Origin: an uncultured delta proteobacterium
GTDB lineage: Bacteria; Desulfobacterota; Binatia; UBA9968
DNA: 64,000 nt
Direction of reading: 5' to 3'
NCBI GenBank assembly: GCA_963745035.1
Contig: CAVUVW010000006.1
Span: 1 to 64,000, forward strand
Shown here in pieces: positions 50,079-61,890 of the stretch. The position numbers and the translations under genes are program-made. Within the stretch, counting starts at the first letter, position 1, and every line of letters starts with the position of its first letter. Below the pieces are notes generated by a model. It was not told where the DNA came from. It did not search any database and was given only the letters and a program-made list of their open reading frames with translations.

Positions 50079-52912
50079 TCAGCTTTTGTCAGTCTTGAGA
50101 TAGTACGCTTCCGGCGCTGGCTTGTACGATCGCGGCAGCCACAAGGGGCGGCGCAGGTTGTCCGGGCCGGGCGCCGGGCGGGTTTTGAGCAGCCAGCGTT
50201 TGTATACTTCGTGCGCTTTGCCGGTGTCGACGAACACGTCGCCGTATTTATCCTCCGGCCCGGGCTTGGTGATGCGAACTTTTTGATGCCAGCAATGCTG
50301 GCCGCTGATGTAGTCCGGTTGCACGGGAAACGTAAGATTCTGATGAACGCCGCCGTCCTCCCAGAAAATTCTTTTGGAGTCGGGATCGTCGCTCTTGAAC
50401 GGCTTGATGCCGTGGATGGTACGCATCAGCCACTTACCTTGGCTAATCTGTTTCAGATCGACGAGCGCGGTCGACCAGCGCTCGCCGCCTTGATCTTCGG
50501 CCAAACGCCAGCGGCCGAGGTGATGCGAGCAGGCGATCACGCCGGGCTTGATTCCTTCGGTGACCCACACCTTGTCGATGAAGTAGCCGATCTCGGTGTT
50601 GACCTTCAGCAGATCGCCGGTCTTCACGTCGAAATTCTGCGCGTCCTTGGAATTCAGCCACAGCGGGTTGCGATGAGAAATCTCGTACAGCCACTTGGCA
50701 TTGCCGGACCGAGTGTGGATCAACGTCGGTAGACGAAAGGTCGGCAGCAAGAGCATCTCCCCCGCCGCGAGATCGATCTCGTCAGGGTGGACGTGGCTCT
50801 TGATGTAGCCGGGGATCGCATGCTCCGGCCACTTCCAGTCCTTCAACGTGCGGGAGAAAAATTCGAGCTTGCGCGACGGCGTGGGAAAACCGACGCACGC
50901 CCGGCCGTCGATCTCGACGCCCAACGCAGCGCCGTTTTTTGAAATGATGTTGTTTGCAGGGTCCGTGTCGGCGCCGGCGAGATCCGCCGACTTGACCGCG
51001 GTTTCGTGAACTTTGTAGACACCGTCCTCGATCAGAAACGCGCCGTACTTGCGCATATACTCGAGCGGCTTGAGACCTTCCTTGGCCGCGGCTTCCGGCA
51101 ATCCCGGCACGCTGTTTTCGAAGATCCAGCGATAGTAGTCGTCCACGGTCATCTTCTTGCCGGGCTCGTAGGGCGATTCGAAATGTTTGCGAATCCCCAG
51201 CGAGCCGTCGGGATCGACGCGCCAGGATAGCTCGATCCAGAACTCGTCCTCTTCCCAGACCTGGCCGATGCCCGCGGCTTCGTGCGCTTCGTAGGTCGTG
51301 TTGAATTTCTTTCCCTGCTTTTCCAGAGCGACGCGCAAGATCGGCTGGCGAAAGCCGATCCAACGCGCCGCTTGGGTTTCCTGGCTCATCAGATCGTGGC
51401 GCTCCGAGCCGTGGCCCATGGGCAAGACGTAGTCGGCAAACCAAGCGGTTTCGCTCCAGGTCGGCGTGAGGCACGCGTGGCGCTCGACTTTGCTCTCGTC
51501 GGAAAGCATTTCGATCCAGCTCATGCCGTCGGGATTGGTCCACACCGGGTTGTAGACGCGGGTAAAATACATCGCCAGCTTGCCGCGTCCCTCCTTCAAG
51601 AAATGCGGCAGCAAGAAAACTCATTTCGAAAAACGCCAGCGGATACTCCGGCGGTATGAGCAGTTCGTTCCAGACTTTGGCCGGCGGCGGCATCAGCGGC
51701 GGCGCGGGAATGTACTTGTTCGCAGCGTTGGGCGCGGTGCCGCCGACAGTTCCTACGGCGCCGACCAGCACAACGAGAAACTGCAGCGCCCGCGCCACTT
51801 GCCAGCCGCCCAAATTTCCCGCCGCCGTATTGCGCCACACATGCGAGGAAAACGCCGAGCCCGCCTTGGCGATCTCACGCGCCACCTCGACGATCACTTT
51901 CGGGTCGATGCCGGCCTCTTTGGCGGCAAACTCCGGCGTGTATCGTGCATAGGTGTTTTTCAGCACACGCGACAAACGACTGAAACGTCTGCGGTTCATC
52001 GGGATGCTGCTCGCGCAGAAACTCTTCCCAGTTGACCCACTGGCGCACGAACTGCCGGTCGAAAAGATCCTCCTGCAGAAGAACGTTGCACATGGCCAAG
52101 AGAATCGCCGCTTCACTGCCCGGCCACGAGGAGATCCAGTAGTCGGCTTTCGACGCGGTGTTAGAAAGGCGGGTGTCGATCACGCAGATTTTCGCGCCGC
52201 GCTCTTTGCCCTCGATGATTCTTTGCGCGTGCGGGTTGAAGTAGTGGCCGCTTTCCAGGTGCGAGCTCAGCAGCAGAATAAACCGCGCGTTCGCATGATC
52301 CGGCGACGGCCGGTCGATGCCGGACCAAAAAGCGTAGCCGGCGCGCGCCCCGGCAGAGCAGACATTAGTGTGGCTGTTATGGCCGTCGATGCCCCACGAA
52401 TGAAGAATTCTCTGATGATAGAGCAGCTCATGTCCGGGGCGGCCGACGTGGTACATGATCTCATTGCGGCGGTCTTCCTGAAGCGCCTTGCGCACGCGTC
52501 CGGCGATATCGTCGAGCACTTCGTCCCAGGAAACTCTTTCCCACTTTCCCTCGCCGCGCTTGCCGGCGCGCTTGAGCGGATAGCGAATACGCTCGGGATC
52601 GGTCACCTGATTCAACGTCGCCGGTCCCTTGGCGCAGTTGCGGCCCCGGCTGCCGGGATGCTCGGGATTGCCTTCGAAGCGGCGGATGCGGTTGGTGTCT
52701 TTCTCGACGACTGCCACCAGGCCGCAGGCCGCCTCGCAGTTGAAGCAGATGGTCGGAATGATCCGGCAGTGCTTTTCGACTTTGCGCGGCCACTGCGCGG
52801 TATCGTACTCGACCCAGTCGTCCCACTTTTCCACGGGCGGATAGCTGGCGAGACCGCTGGGAGCGTCCAGTTTCATCGCGTCGGGATTTAACGGAACACG
52901 ATTGTCGCTCAC
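50079..52912 (-). CDS. Molybdopterin oxidoreductase catalytic subunit (PsrA/TtrA-like), in three frameshifted pieces
   Basis: TICFNCEAACG..CAKG Fe-S motif, NSHTNVCS, SETAWFADYVLP, molydop-binding C-terminus. Confidence 0.88.
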
Positions 52913-52944
52913 TGTTTTTGATCCTTCTTCATTACGTTTCAGCC

Positions 52945-53012
52945 TTCAATAGTCAGTTGCCAGATCGCGAAATCCTGGTTACTGATAACCGGCAACTGAC
53001 CCCTGACAACTG
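52945..53012. repeat. Inverted pair of short tandem repeats
   Basis: AGTCAGTTGCCAG...ACTGATAACCGGCAACTGACCCCTGACAACTG. Confidence 0.5.
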
Positions 53013-54554
53013 CTAGCTTAACGGAATCGCCTGGCCCGCCTTGATCCACAAATGCTCGTACATCCACAGGCCAAATAAGGAGAGCAGCGCAGCCGCCATG
53101 CCGGGAATCAGCGCGCTTGCTTGCCAGAAAATCAGACCCGCCGGGACCGCAACGCCCAAGCCGACGACGAGCAGCCAGAACGATTTGGCGAGCGGCCCGG
53201 TGAGAAGAAGCGCGCCAGCGCGAATCGATTCTTCCGAGCCATGCTTCATGAACAGCTCGCCGCAGACCATCGCCAAACCCGCGAGCAAGGATACAACGAG
53301 AATGTGAATGAGCCAGAAGAACATCTGCGGGCTCATGAACTGGTACGGCGTCACCAGCTCGAGCGAACCGATGAGAATCAGCACTGCCGCGCCGGCGCTG
53401 ATCGCTTTCACCACCAGGTGCCAGAACAGCAGCGGGCTCTGCCAAAAATCGCGTCCCCGCGCTTGCGCGAAGAGAAACGCGGAATAGCCGGCCGAGGCGA
53501 TGGCGAAAAACGCCGCCGGCCACATCACCCACGGCGAGACCATCCCCTCGCGATAGATCTGCGCGAGCCAGATCGCCAGCAGCAGGCCGAAGATCATCAG
53601 CACGTAGCCGCCTAACGTCAGCCAGGAATTCAAATTTGGTTTGGTTAGCAAGTAGAAAAAGCGCGTCGGCTTTTTGAGATCGAAGACGAGCAAGCCCATG
53701 GTCGCGCCAAGAAACAGGATCGAAACCAGCGGGCCGATGAAGCCGAGCAGGATCACGTCCTGCTCGAAGCCCATGTGGAGAAACAGCGCGGACAGGAGCA
53801 GCACTCCGGCCGAAATCGCCTTGGTCCATAGATAGAACGCGATCTTCTTGCCCCAGGGAATCATGTGCGGCACGTCGTAGACTTCCCGCGCCGCGCCGGG
53901 AATCGGGCGCGCCGGATCGATGCTCTTCAATGCGTAAAGATCCTCGCCGGGATCTTTCTCCGCCCAGAAATGACTCGATTGCGGCTCCATCATCGACGGG
54001 CTCAACAGATCGCCTTCGACGCCGACGTAAAACAACTTCGGCTTGGTCCCCTTTTCGGCTTTGCGCACGCTGACTTTTTCCAGCGCGATGCGTTTGCTGA
54101 CCGCGCTCTGCGGATCGTCGAGGTCGCCGGAAAGAATCGCCTGTGTCGGACAAACGACTTCGCAGGCGGGCTTGTAGCCCATATCGACGCGCGAGGCGTC
54201 GAAGTTGCACTTCGCCGCCGTGTTGCGGTCCGGATCGATATACAGCGCGTCGTACGGGCAAGCTTGCATGCACGACTTGCAGCCGATGCAGCGCTCGTTG
54301 TCGAAATCAACGATGCCGTCATGGCGGCGGAACAAGGCGACTGTCGGACAAATCTCGATGCACGGCGCATCATCGCAGTGATTGCAGCGCAGCACCGCGA
54401 AATGGCGCCGCGTGTCGGGATAGGTTCCTTTCTCGACATACTTCACCCAGGTGCGATTCACGCCTAAAGCGATGTTGTGCTCTTCCTTGCAGGCCACCGT
54501 GCAGGCATGGCAACCGATGCAGCGGTTCTGATCGATCACGAAACCGTAGCGCAT
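53013..54554 (-). CDS. 4Fe-4S dicluster (NrfC/PsrB-like) fused to NrfD membrane anchor
   Basis: CIGCHACTVAC, CNHCDDAPC, CIGCKSCMQACPY; multiple TM helices with DLKKPTRF. Confidence 0.88.
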   Translation of the reverse strand: MRYGFVIDQNRCIGCHACTVACKEEHNIALGVNRTWVKYVEKGTYPDTRRHFAVLRCNHCDDAPCIEICPTVALFRRHDGIVDFDNERCIGCKSCMQACPYDALYIDPDRNTAAKCNFDASRVDMGYKPACEVVCPTQAILSGDLDDPQSAVSKRIALEKVSVRKAEKGTKPKLFYVGVEGDLLSPSMMEPQSSHFWAEKDPGEDLYALKSIDPARPIPGAAREVYDVPHMIPWGKKIAFYLWTKAISAGVLLLSALFLHMGFEQDVILLGFIGPLVSILFLGATMGLLVFDLKKPTRFFYLLTKPNLNSWLTLGGYVLMIFGLLLAIWLAQIYREGMVSPWVMWPAAFFAIASAGYSAFLFAQARGRDFWQSPLLFWHLVVKAISAGAAVLILIGSLELVTPYQFMSPQMFFWLIHILVVSLLAGLAMVCGELFMKHGSEESIRAGALLLTGPLAKSFWLLVVGLGVAVPAGLIFWQASALIPGMAAALLSLFGLWMYEHLWIKAGQAIPLS

Positions 54555-54758
54555 TCCAGACCTTTCTAATCAAGAAAGTTAACTATTAAGATTTAAAGTT
54601 TCGCTTGTGATAGCAGGAAAAATTACGCGGGGTCAATTCGATTGGAGAATTTTTACGCGATTAGCGGAAAGACATTTGACTACCGGGGAGTGATCCATGA
54701 GGTTGGCTCGCTTCAGAAATGATGAAAGGAAGTCCTACGGCAGGATTCTCTCCTCGCT

Positions 54759-54836
54759 CGTCATTCCCGCGTCCGCGGGAATCCAGGTTTGTTCTTTCCG
54801 AAATTAGCCTGGATACCCGCCTTCGCGGGTATGACG
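54759..54836. repeat. REP-like palindromic element
   Basis: CGTCATTCCCGCGTCCGCGGGAATCCAGG...CCTGGATACCCGCCTTCGCGGGTATGACG. Confidence 0.75.
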
Positions 54837-54975
54837 GAAAACCACGGTCACCCTGCGAGCTGCTACCATTCCGTATCCGTATTTTCGACAAAAGAGCACG
54901 AAGTAGCGGTCGAATGAACATCCCGACCCCAAATCTTTCATCTTCGCGCCTCGCGGTGAAAATAGGCGGATTGCC

Positions 54976-56423
54976 TTAGGCTGTTCGCGTCGGAAACGCC
55001 GGGGGAATGATCTGCTCGACGTTGCGGCCGTTCCAGTCGCGCGCGGACCAGTTGTCCCAGGCGCGCTTGGCTCCCGCTTCGGCTTGGGCGAACAATTCAT
55101 TGTCATCGATGCGGGTCGAGTGGCCGTTTTCGATCACGACTTCGCCGTCGACGAGAACTGTTTCGATATCCGCGCCACTGCCGTACTCAACGAGCGCATT
55201 GATTGGATCGCGCGCGGGACCGTAGCGGGTCGTACGCAGATTGATGATAACGACATCGGCTTTGGCCCCCGGAGCGAGCCGGCCCAAATCCGAGCGGCCG
55301 AGAGCGGTAGCTCCGCCGATAGTAGCGGCGTCGAAAACATCCGCGGCGCGCGCTCCGGCGGCGTTTCTGTCCACCAATCGCGAAATCAGGGATGCGTAGC
55401 GCATCTCTGACACAATATCGAGCGGGTAGGTATCCGTCCCAAGCCGATGCGCACTCCCGCGGCGAGATACTGATCGAAAGATTCCATGGCGAAGGCCATC
55501 TTGGCGCACTTGTGCGGGCAGTGGCCGATGGTCGCGCCGGTCTCGGCGAGGATCTTGAGCTCGTCGCCGCGCGGATAATCGACGCGCGAATGGCCACCCG
55601 TTATCGCCATGTGGCCAAGCGTGGTACGCGGCCCGAGAATGCCGGTATCGGCCAAATACTCCGCTACCGGCTTGCGATATTTGTTCAGGATCTCGAGAAA
55701 CTCGCGAAAGTTGCCGCCGGCATGAATGTGAATCGGCACGTCCAGTTCTTTGGCCGCGGCAACACTCTCCTTAAGCAGAGACGGCTCGCAAGTTTCTGCT
55801 TGCGCAGGATTCAAAATCCCTTGCATGCGGCCGTTGTGAGCGCCGTGGAATTTCTTGATGAACTCCACGGCGTTCTTTAGTCCCGGTCGTCCTTTGTCCG
55901 CCCGCTCCTCGTAATAGTGGCGCCCCTCGGCATCGGTGAAAATATCATGGCTGCGAAACGGCGGGCTGAAAAATACCCGTCCGCCTGTCTGCCCGACGAT
56001 GGCGACGTAATCATCCAGCGCGCCAGGTCCTCCGCCCGGATCCAAGACGGTGGTCGCCCCGTTGCGCAGTGCGCTGTAGAGCGCATATTTGCGCCCAAGC
56101 GCGACCGCCGGCGGCGCCGGCGCTTCGACCTTTTCTTTCAGCGGCGCGCCAAAAACAAACCAGTTCGCCGCCAAATAATCCTTCTTGGTGACATCGGTGA
56201 GCAGATAATCGCCGACGTTGAGCTGCGAATGCACATGGAGGTTGACGAAGCCGGGGCAAACAATTTTGCCGGAAGCGTCGATGATTCGATCGGCAGTCTG
56301 AGACTTGTCCGTACCGACTGACTGTATCTTGTCGTTCTCGATCAGGACGGAACCGTTGGGAACAATTTCATGGCCGGCCCCCGACCAACCCACTACGACA
56401 CCGCCGTCAATGCGTGTTTTCAT
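54976..56423 (-). CDS. Amidohydrolase (chlorohydrolase/deaminase type), frameshifted
   Basis: PGFVNLHVH, IHIHAG, LGTD, GRLAPGAKADVV. Confidence 0.85.
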
Positions 56424-56620
56424 AATAATGTCCTTCTTTGAATCACACTACGGTCTCAGCTTCACACGCGCTATGGGCGAATGCTCCTTGCCATGATCGT
56501 ATGTCGCCAAGTTCCCGGTTTCCTCCTCCCTCCGAGAGAGCGAGAATGAAGCATTTCTTGCTTCGAAGTTGCCGCTGCGATTAGGTTCGAAAGTACTAAA
56601 CAGGCAAAACGTGCCATTAA

Positions 56621-56995
56621 TTATTTGAACTCGATGCCTTTCGCCTTGAGAATCTCTTGGAGCGTCTCGACGCCGGCCCAGAGACCGGGCATGCCGCCCG
56701 GAATCGCCGCAACCTCCATCGCTTCCATTATTTCCTTGGGCGTGGCGCCCATGGTCAGCGCGCGCTCACTGTGCAGTCGGATGCCGCGCGGGCGGAGCAG
56801 CGCGCAGCAGATGCCGACCATGATCAGTTCCTTGGTTTTGCGCGGTAGCGCGCCTTCCCGACCGAAAGTGCCATCGACGTAGAGGCCTTTGAGCTTTTCG
56901 AAATACTCGGGATCGAGCTTGGCGATGATGTCGTACGCGTTGTTCTCGGAGCCGAGACCGACTTTCTTAAAGGCTTCCTTCGCTTCGTCCGCCAT
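56621..56995 (-). CDS. Carboxymuconolactone decarboxylase family protein
   Basis: GALPRKTKELIMVGI..H..RALTMGATPKEIME..GGMP. Confidence 0.85.
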   Translation of the reverse strand: MADEAKEAFKKVGLGSENNAYDIIAKLDPEYFEKLKGLYVDGTFGREGALPRKTKELIMVGICCALLRPRGIRLHSERALTMGATPKEIMEAMEVAAIPGGMPGLWAGVETLQEILKAKGIEFK

Positions 56996-57180
56996 GTTTC
57001 ATTTTCCTCCAGGTTTCTCAAAGGCCGTGCTCTTACAAGCCTCACGTTGGTATGAATCCAAGCCTTCATCGCCCCCACGTAGGCACGTATGAGCGGAGTA
57101 GGATTTCTCCCTTACGGTCGAAATGACAACGCGTGTACTCCGTCTTCTCTTTGCGTACTCTGCGTTCTCTGCGGTTAATT

Positions 57181-58869
57181 TCAATCTTTCCTGGTGTTTT
57201 GACCGATGACGACGTCGACCAACGCCGGGCCGTTTTGTTCCAGCGCGCGCTTGATCGCCGGCTCGATGGCGTCCGGCTCTTCGACCCGTTGGCCATAGAT
57301 GCCGAACGTGTCCGCCAGTCGCGCAAAATTGATTTCCGGACCGACCAGTTCGGCGCCCATGTCCGCGGCGATGCGAATTCTTTCCTCCGAGCCGCGAAAC
57401 TGATTTTTCACCGCCATGTAGGCGCGATTGTTGAACACGAACACAACCAGCGGCACGCGATACTTCGCCAAGGTCCAGAGCCCTTGCAAGCCGAACATGC
57501 TGCTGCCGTCGCCGAGGCAGGCCACCACACGCCTTTTCGGCGCGGCGAGCTTGGCGCCGATGGCAGCGCCCAATCCCCAACCGAGATAGCCTCCCGAAGA
57601 GTTGGAAAAATAAGACCGGCCAGATGAGAAGTTGAAGTTAGCCATTAGAATGTCTTTGCTCGTCGGGCTCTCGTTGACGACTAGCGTGTCTTTCTCGAGC
57701 AGCCGGTCCATCGTGCGTGCCAGGCGGGCCGCGCTGATCGGCTTGCTATCCCAGCCTTGTTTTACTCTCCCCTCCAGCTCCGCTTTCACCTGCTCTTGGG
57801 CTTTCTTGATTGTCGCGAGCCGCTCCTCTCGTCCGTCCGCTGCGCCGGCAACTTTTGGATAGATCTCGAGCAACGCGCGCAGCGCGCTCTTGCCGTCGGC
57901 GATGATACCGAGATCGACCGGGAAGACTTTGCCGATTTCCCAGGGATCTTCTTCGATGTGAATGCAACGCGTTTCGGGTTTGATCACCGGCTCGGGCAGA
58001 TAGCGATACTCGCGGATCAAACGGCAGCCGATGGCGAGAATCACATCCGGCTCGCCCCAAACCGGCAAATCGAAGGCGGGATTGCGCTCAGCGATCTGAA
58101 AGCTCTGCGGATGGTCGGTGGGAAAGCTCAGAAAAGAGTACCGCGGCTCCATCACCACAGGGGCGCCGAGCAGTTCGGCGAACTTGATCAGCTCCTCCGT
58201 GCCGCCCGCCTTGGCGACGCCGCTGCCGGCAACGATCAGCGGGCGCTTGGCTGCGGCAATCATCTTTGCCGCTTCCTCGATCGATTCCGGATCGGCGGCT
58301 ATGCGCGGGCGCACCCGCGAACGCTCGGCGGACGGATTCTTCACCTCGATGGTGTCGCCGAGCAAATTGCTCGGGAGCGATAAATAGACCGGGCCGGTGG
58401 GCGGCGTCGCCGCGACTTTGAAGGCGCGATTCAAAAATTCCGGGATGCGATCGGCGCGATGCACTTCCGCGCTCCACTTGGTGAACTGCTTGGTCATTTC
58501 GACCAAGTCCTTACCTTCCGTATGCGAGTCGCGGCCGGTGATCCGGGTATCCACGTGGGTCGAGGTGACGATCACCGGCGAACGGTCACGGTAAGCATCG
58601 TAGAGCGCGCCGACGGCGTTGCAGGAACCCGGCAAAGTGCTCACCTGCGCGATCGACGGCTGCCCGGTGACCCGCGCGTAGCCGTCCGCCATCGACACCA
58701 CACATGTCTCATGCAGGGCGAGCACGAAGCGGACTTTCTCCTGGTCGGCGATCGTGCCGATAAATTCCTGGCCGCTCGTTCCCGGCAAGCCGAATACGTA
58801 ATCGACACCGTGGTCGACCGCGACCTCGAGATAGGCCTGCGCCGCCGTTTTTTGACCATTGTCAGCCAT
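57181..58869 (-). CDS. Thiamine-pyrophosphate enzyme (benzoylformate decarboxylase-like)
   Basis: VFGLPGT, LHETCVVSMADGYAR, GDGSSMFG..NN TPP motif. Confidence 0.88.
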   Translation of the reverse strand: MADNGQKTAAQAYLEVAVDHGVDYVFGLPGTSGQEFIGTIADQEKVRFVLALHETCVVSMADGYARVTGQPSIAQVSTLPGSCNAVGALYDAYRDRSPVIVTSTHVDTRITGRDSHTEGKDLVEMTKQFTKWSAEVHRADRIPEFLNRAFKVAATPPTGPVYLSLPSNLLGDTIEVKNPSAERSRVRPRIAADPESIEEAAKMIAAAKRPLIVAGSGVAKAGGTEELIKFAELLGAPVVMEPRYSFLSFPTDHPQSFQIAERNPAFDLPVWGEPDVILAIGCRLIREYRYLPEPVIKPETRCIHIEEDPWEIGKVFPVDLGIIADGKSALRALLEIYPKVAGAADGREERLATIKKAQEQVKAELEGRVKQGWDSKPISAARLARTMDRLLEKDTLVVNESPTSKDILMANFNFSSGRSYFSNSSGGYLGWGLGAAIGAKLAAPKRRVVACLGDGSSMFGLQGLWTLAKYRVPLVVFVFNNRAYMAVKNQFRGSEERIRIAADMGAELVGPEINFARLADTFGIYGQRVEEPDAIEPAIKRALEQNGPALVDVVIGQNTRKD

Positions 58870-58966
58870 TAAAAATCACTCCTTCTATCAATCTCGCAAA
58901 ACACCCCTCTTCGTTCAAAGTTGCAGGTTAAAGTTTTAAATTATGATTTCGCAGGTTATCCGCATT

Positions 58967-59800
58967 TTACAAGCCAAAAAGATTCCGCGCGTTTCCCAGA
59001 AGCAGTTTCTCCTTTACGGAGTCTTTGAACCCCATCTTATCGAAGCTCGCCAGCGCTTTCGCCAAATCGACATAAGGAAAGTCCGTCCCGAACAGCGCCT
59101 TGTCCTGAAGCCGGCCGCCGATCGCCTTTTGAAAAATCTCCGGTAGCTGCTCTGCTAAATAACCGGACGTATCGACGTAAAGGTTTTTCTTGTGCGTCAC
59201 CACGCCGATGGTTTCCTCGACCCAGGGCCAACCGGGATGGGCGGCGAGGATTTTCATGCGCGGGAAATCCTTCGCCAAAGTATCGAGATGGATGGGACGA
59301 CCGTAATCCAGTCCGATGCCGCTGCCGCCCTCGGTGTTGGCGCCAAGCACGGTGAAACCGATATGAAACATTGCCGGTTTCCGGCCGGCCTGAATAACTT
59401 CCCAGATGTTGTAATATCTTTTATCGCTCGGATAAAAACCTTGATCGGGGGGATGAAACTTAAAACCGACCACTTTAGGATTCCGCACCATCTCTTCGGC
59501 ATAGCGGGCGACTGCAAGTAAATCGTGGGCGTGGGTGTCGAGCGACGCGAGCACCCCGGCAAAAGACTTCGGATAGTGGGTTGCAAGATCCATCGCGTGC
59601 TCGTTGGAATTGCGCGCTCCTTCCTTCACCGTCGACGGATGCCAGCCGATCAGCAATGCTTTCACGTCATGCTGCAAATACAGATCGGCAAATCCATCCG
59701 CCGTCTGCGGGACTTCACTCAAATCGCGGCGAAAATAGTTGCACGCGTGCGTATCGAGGCCGCGGGTGCTCGGGTGCACGTGAACGTCAATGGCGCGCAT
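58967..59800 (-). CDS. Amidohydrolase_2 family protein
   Basis: IDVHVH, GFKFHP, AHPGWPW, LFGTDFP. Confidence 0.88.
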   Translation of the reverse strand: MRAIDVHVHPSTRGLDTHACNYFRRDLSEVPQTADGFADLYLQHDVKALLIGWHPSTVKEGARNSNEHAMDLATHYPKSFAGVLASLDTHAHDLLAVARYAEEMVRNPKVVGFKFHPPDQGFYPSDKRYYNIWEVIQAGRKPAMFHIGFTVLGANTEGGSGIGLDYGRPIHLDTLAKDFPRMKILAAHPGWPWVEETIGVVTHKKNLYVDTSGYLAEQLPEIFQKAIGGRLQDKALFGTDFPYVDLAKALASFDKMGFKDSVKEKLLLGNARNLFGL

Positions 59801-60990
59801 CGGCTCTCCTTGCGAGGAACCCGGCCACCCAGGGATTCGCTTGCCCATCTTTGAAAAAGGTCTGCGTTGTCTTCGGCCATCGCGCGCAATAGCTCGGGCG
59901 CCGTCATGCCGTTGGCGATCGCGCTGTTAACGGTCTGAAGATCGTTCAACACCGCCGCCGCGCCCAGCTCGTCGATTTCCGCCAGCGGCCCGCGGGGAAA
60001 TTTGAGTCCTTCGGTGGAAATGAAATCCACCGTCGCCGGGGCCTCGCCCAATTCCACCGTTCGCGCCGCGGCCAAGCGAACCGACGTGATCAACGCGAGC
60101 TTCGCGATCGAAGGCGATAATTCGGCGCCACGCTTTTCGACCAACTCATAGATCGCTGGGTTGGGCTTTTGATCGACATAAAATAGTGGATTGCCTTTCG
60201 CCAACGCCGCAAGCAGCTTCGACGATCGCAGAAACTCATCTCCGCGAAATTCGTACATCACGCGAGTCACATCCTCCACGATCGAAGGTTTCCAACTGTC
60301 GAAACTGAACAAAGGCGGCAGTGCGCGCAGCTCTTTGGCTGCCCCGTCAACTGTCTCGATCGTCGCACCCGATTCGACGAGCCTCAGCGCCATCACCGCG
60401 TAAACCATCAAGACACTGTTCGACACAAAGCCCGAAATGTCCTTAGTCTCGATCGGCTTTCGACCGAGGTCGGCGAGAAAGGACATCAAGACCCCGTGGT
60501 TCGCATCGTTCATGTCGCCCCTGACGACCTCGACCATCTGTGTGTAAAGCACGGGATTGAAGAAGTGCGTGGTCGCGAATCGATCTCTAGGATAGTCGCC
60601 ATCGCCAACGAGACTGGCGCGCGTGAGCGACGATGTATTCGTCGTGAGAATTCCGCCGAAACGGTTGTCGTGGAGCGCCCTATAAACAATCTTCTTCGTT
60701 TTTCCGGATTCCGAAACTGCTTCCGTGATGAGATCCGCAGCCGCCATGTCGGCCAAATTGGTAGCCGGCACGAGACCATTGGTCACGTTGGCAATCTCGG
60801 CATCGGAGATCCGGTTTCTTCTTTTTAAGCGCTCGATGGTTTGATCGCGCCGCACGGGAATTCTATTCATCGCCGCTTCGGCCGCATCGTAGATCAAAGT
60901 TTGATAGCCTTTTTGAGCGTAGAGAAAGGCAATGTCGAAGCCCATGACGCCGAGGCCGAGCACGCCGACGGTTTTGACCGCATCAATCAT
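59719..60990 (-). CDS. 3-hydroxyacyl-CoA dehydrogenase family protein (C-terminus frameshifted)
   Basis: GVLGLGVMG, TEAVSE, TNTSSL, HFFNP. Confidence 0.85.
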   Translation of the reverse strand: MIDAVKTVGVLGLGVMGFDIAFLYAQKGYQTLIYDAAEAAMNRIPVRRDQTIERLKRRNRISDAEIANVTNGLVPATNLADMAAADLITEAVSESGKTKKIVYRALHDNRFGGILTTNTSSLTRASLVGDGDYPRDRFATTHFFNPVLYTQMVEVVRGDMNDANHGVLMSFLADLGRKPIETKDISGFVSNSVLMVYAVMALRLVESGATIETVDGAAKELRALPPLFSFDSWKPSIVEDVTRVMYEFRGDEFLRSSKLLAALAKGNPLFYVDQKPNPAIYELVEKRGAELSPSIAKLALITSVRLAAARTVELGEAPATVDFISTEGLKFPRGPLAEIDELGAAAVLNDLQTVNSAIANGMTAPELLRAMAEDNADLFQRWASESLGGRVPRKESRCAPLTFTCTRAPAASIRTRATIFAAI

Positions 60991-61014
60991 CGAATTGGCT
61001 TCGTCTCAAAAGGT

Positions 61015-61884
61015 TCACAGTAAATTTTCCACCAGATCCGTCGGTCTGAGATCCTTAGCCCGCGGATCCTGCAACGCGACCTCTTTCAGTATCGACTCTA
61101 TGGAGCTTATCGATGGCGCCAAGGTCGGCTCGAACTCTGCGGCAAACAGGCGGTAACACTTCTCGACGACCGCCGGATGGTCGGCGAGAGCCGGAAGGTG
61201 ACGGCTTATTTCCTTGATGGTTTCCTGCGGCTGGCTTTTGAACAAGCGGGCGCTCTCGGCATATACCGAAGCAATTTTTCTGGCTGTGTCCCGGTTCTCG
61301 CGCAGGAAGCGGCGCGTCGTGGCAAGCGGCACCCAGTGACAGTCGAGATCCAGGCTGTCGGCAATAATGCGCAGGCCCAAGGCCTCTGCCAGAAACGCTT
61401 TCTCCGGCGGTAAGAGCGCGGCATCGATCTTCTTTTCCAGCAACACCTCGTAGCTCCGGTCGTTGACGCCGGAATCGACCACTTTCAAATCGCGCTCGAT
61501 GACAAAGCCCCATTTGCGCAAGAGCGCCAGCATCACCATCCCGGCCATGCGCTTCGGCTCATTGATGCCGACGCGCTTGCCTTTGAGGTCCGCGACCGTC
61601 TCCACATTCGGACCGGCGGCGAGATAGAACGCAGGCCGGTTGAGCACCCCGCCGATGATGACGATGTCGCTGCCATCGAGGACGGAAAAGATTAATGACG
61701 GAGCATTGGGAGTGCCGATCGGAGTCGCACCGGACACGATGTCCGGCACCGCCCGCTCTTCATCACGTTGATTGACGATCTCGACCGGAATGCTCTCCCG
61801 TTCGAAAAGCCCGGCCGCCTTGCCGATCAGCGGCAGAAATCGCCCGATGCTGGAAACCCCGATGCCGATTTTGATTGGCTCCAC
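61015..61884 (-). CDS. ABC substrate-binding protein (NMT1/SsuA-like)
   Basis: GLFERESIPVE, ADLKGKRVGI, IDAALL. Confidence 0.8.
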   Translation of the reverse strand: MEPIKIGIGVSSIGRFLPLIGKAAGLFERESIPVEIVNQRDEERAVPDIVSGATPIGTPNAPSLIFSVLDGSDIVIIGGVLNRPAFYLAAGPNVETVADLKGKRVGINEPKRMAGMVMLALLRKWGFVIERDLKVVDSGVNDRSYEVLLEKKIDAALLPPEKAFLAEALGLRIIADSLDLDCHWVPLATTRRFLRENRDTARKIASVYAESARLFKSQPQETIKEISRHLPALADHPAVVEKCYRLFAAEFEPTLAPSISSIESILKEVALQDPRAKDLRPTDLVENLL

Positions 61885-61890
61885 CGATAG

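Noticed and set aside
54580-54590. TAACTATTAAG, an 11-bp match to the attI core
   Set aside because: Lacks the TCAC and GGGATAAGC elements, no attC follows the downstream genes, and the region is an AT-rich promoter.
57079-57178. Palindromic intergenic stretch as an ncRNA
   Set aside because: Matches REP-like motifs (TGTCATTTCGACCG..GGGAGAAATC; CGCAGAGAACGCAGAG); no recognisable RNA family.
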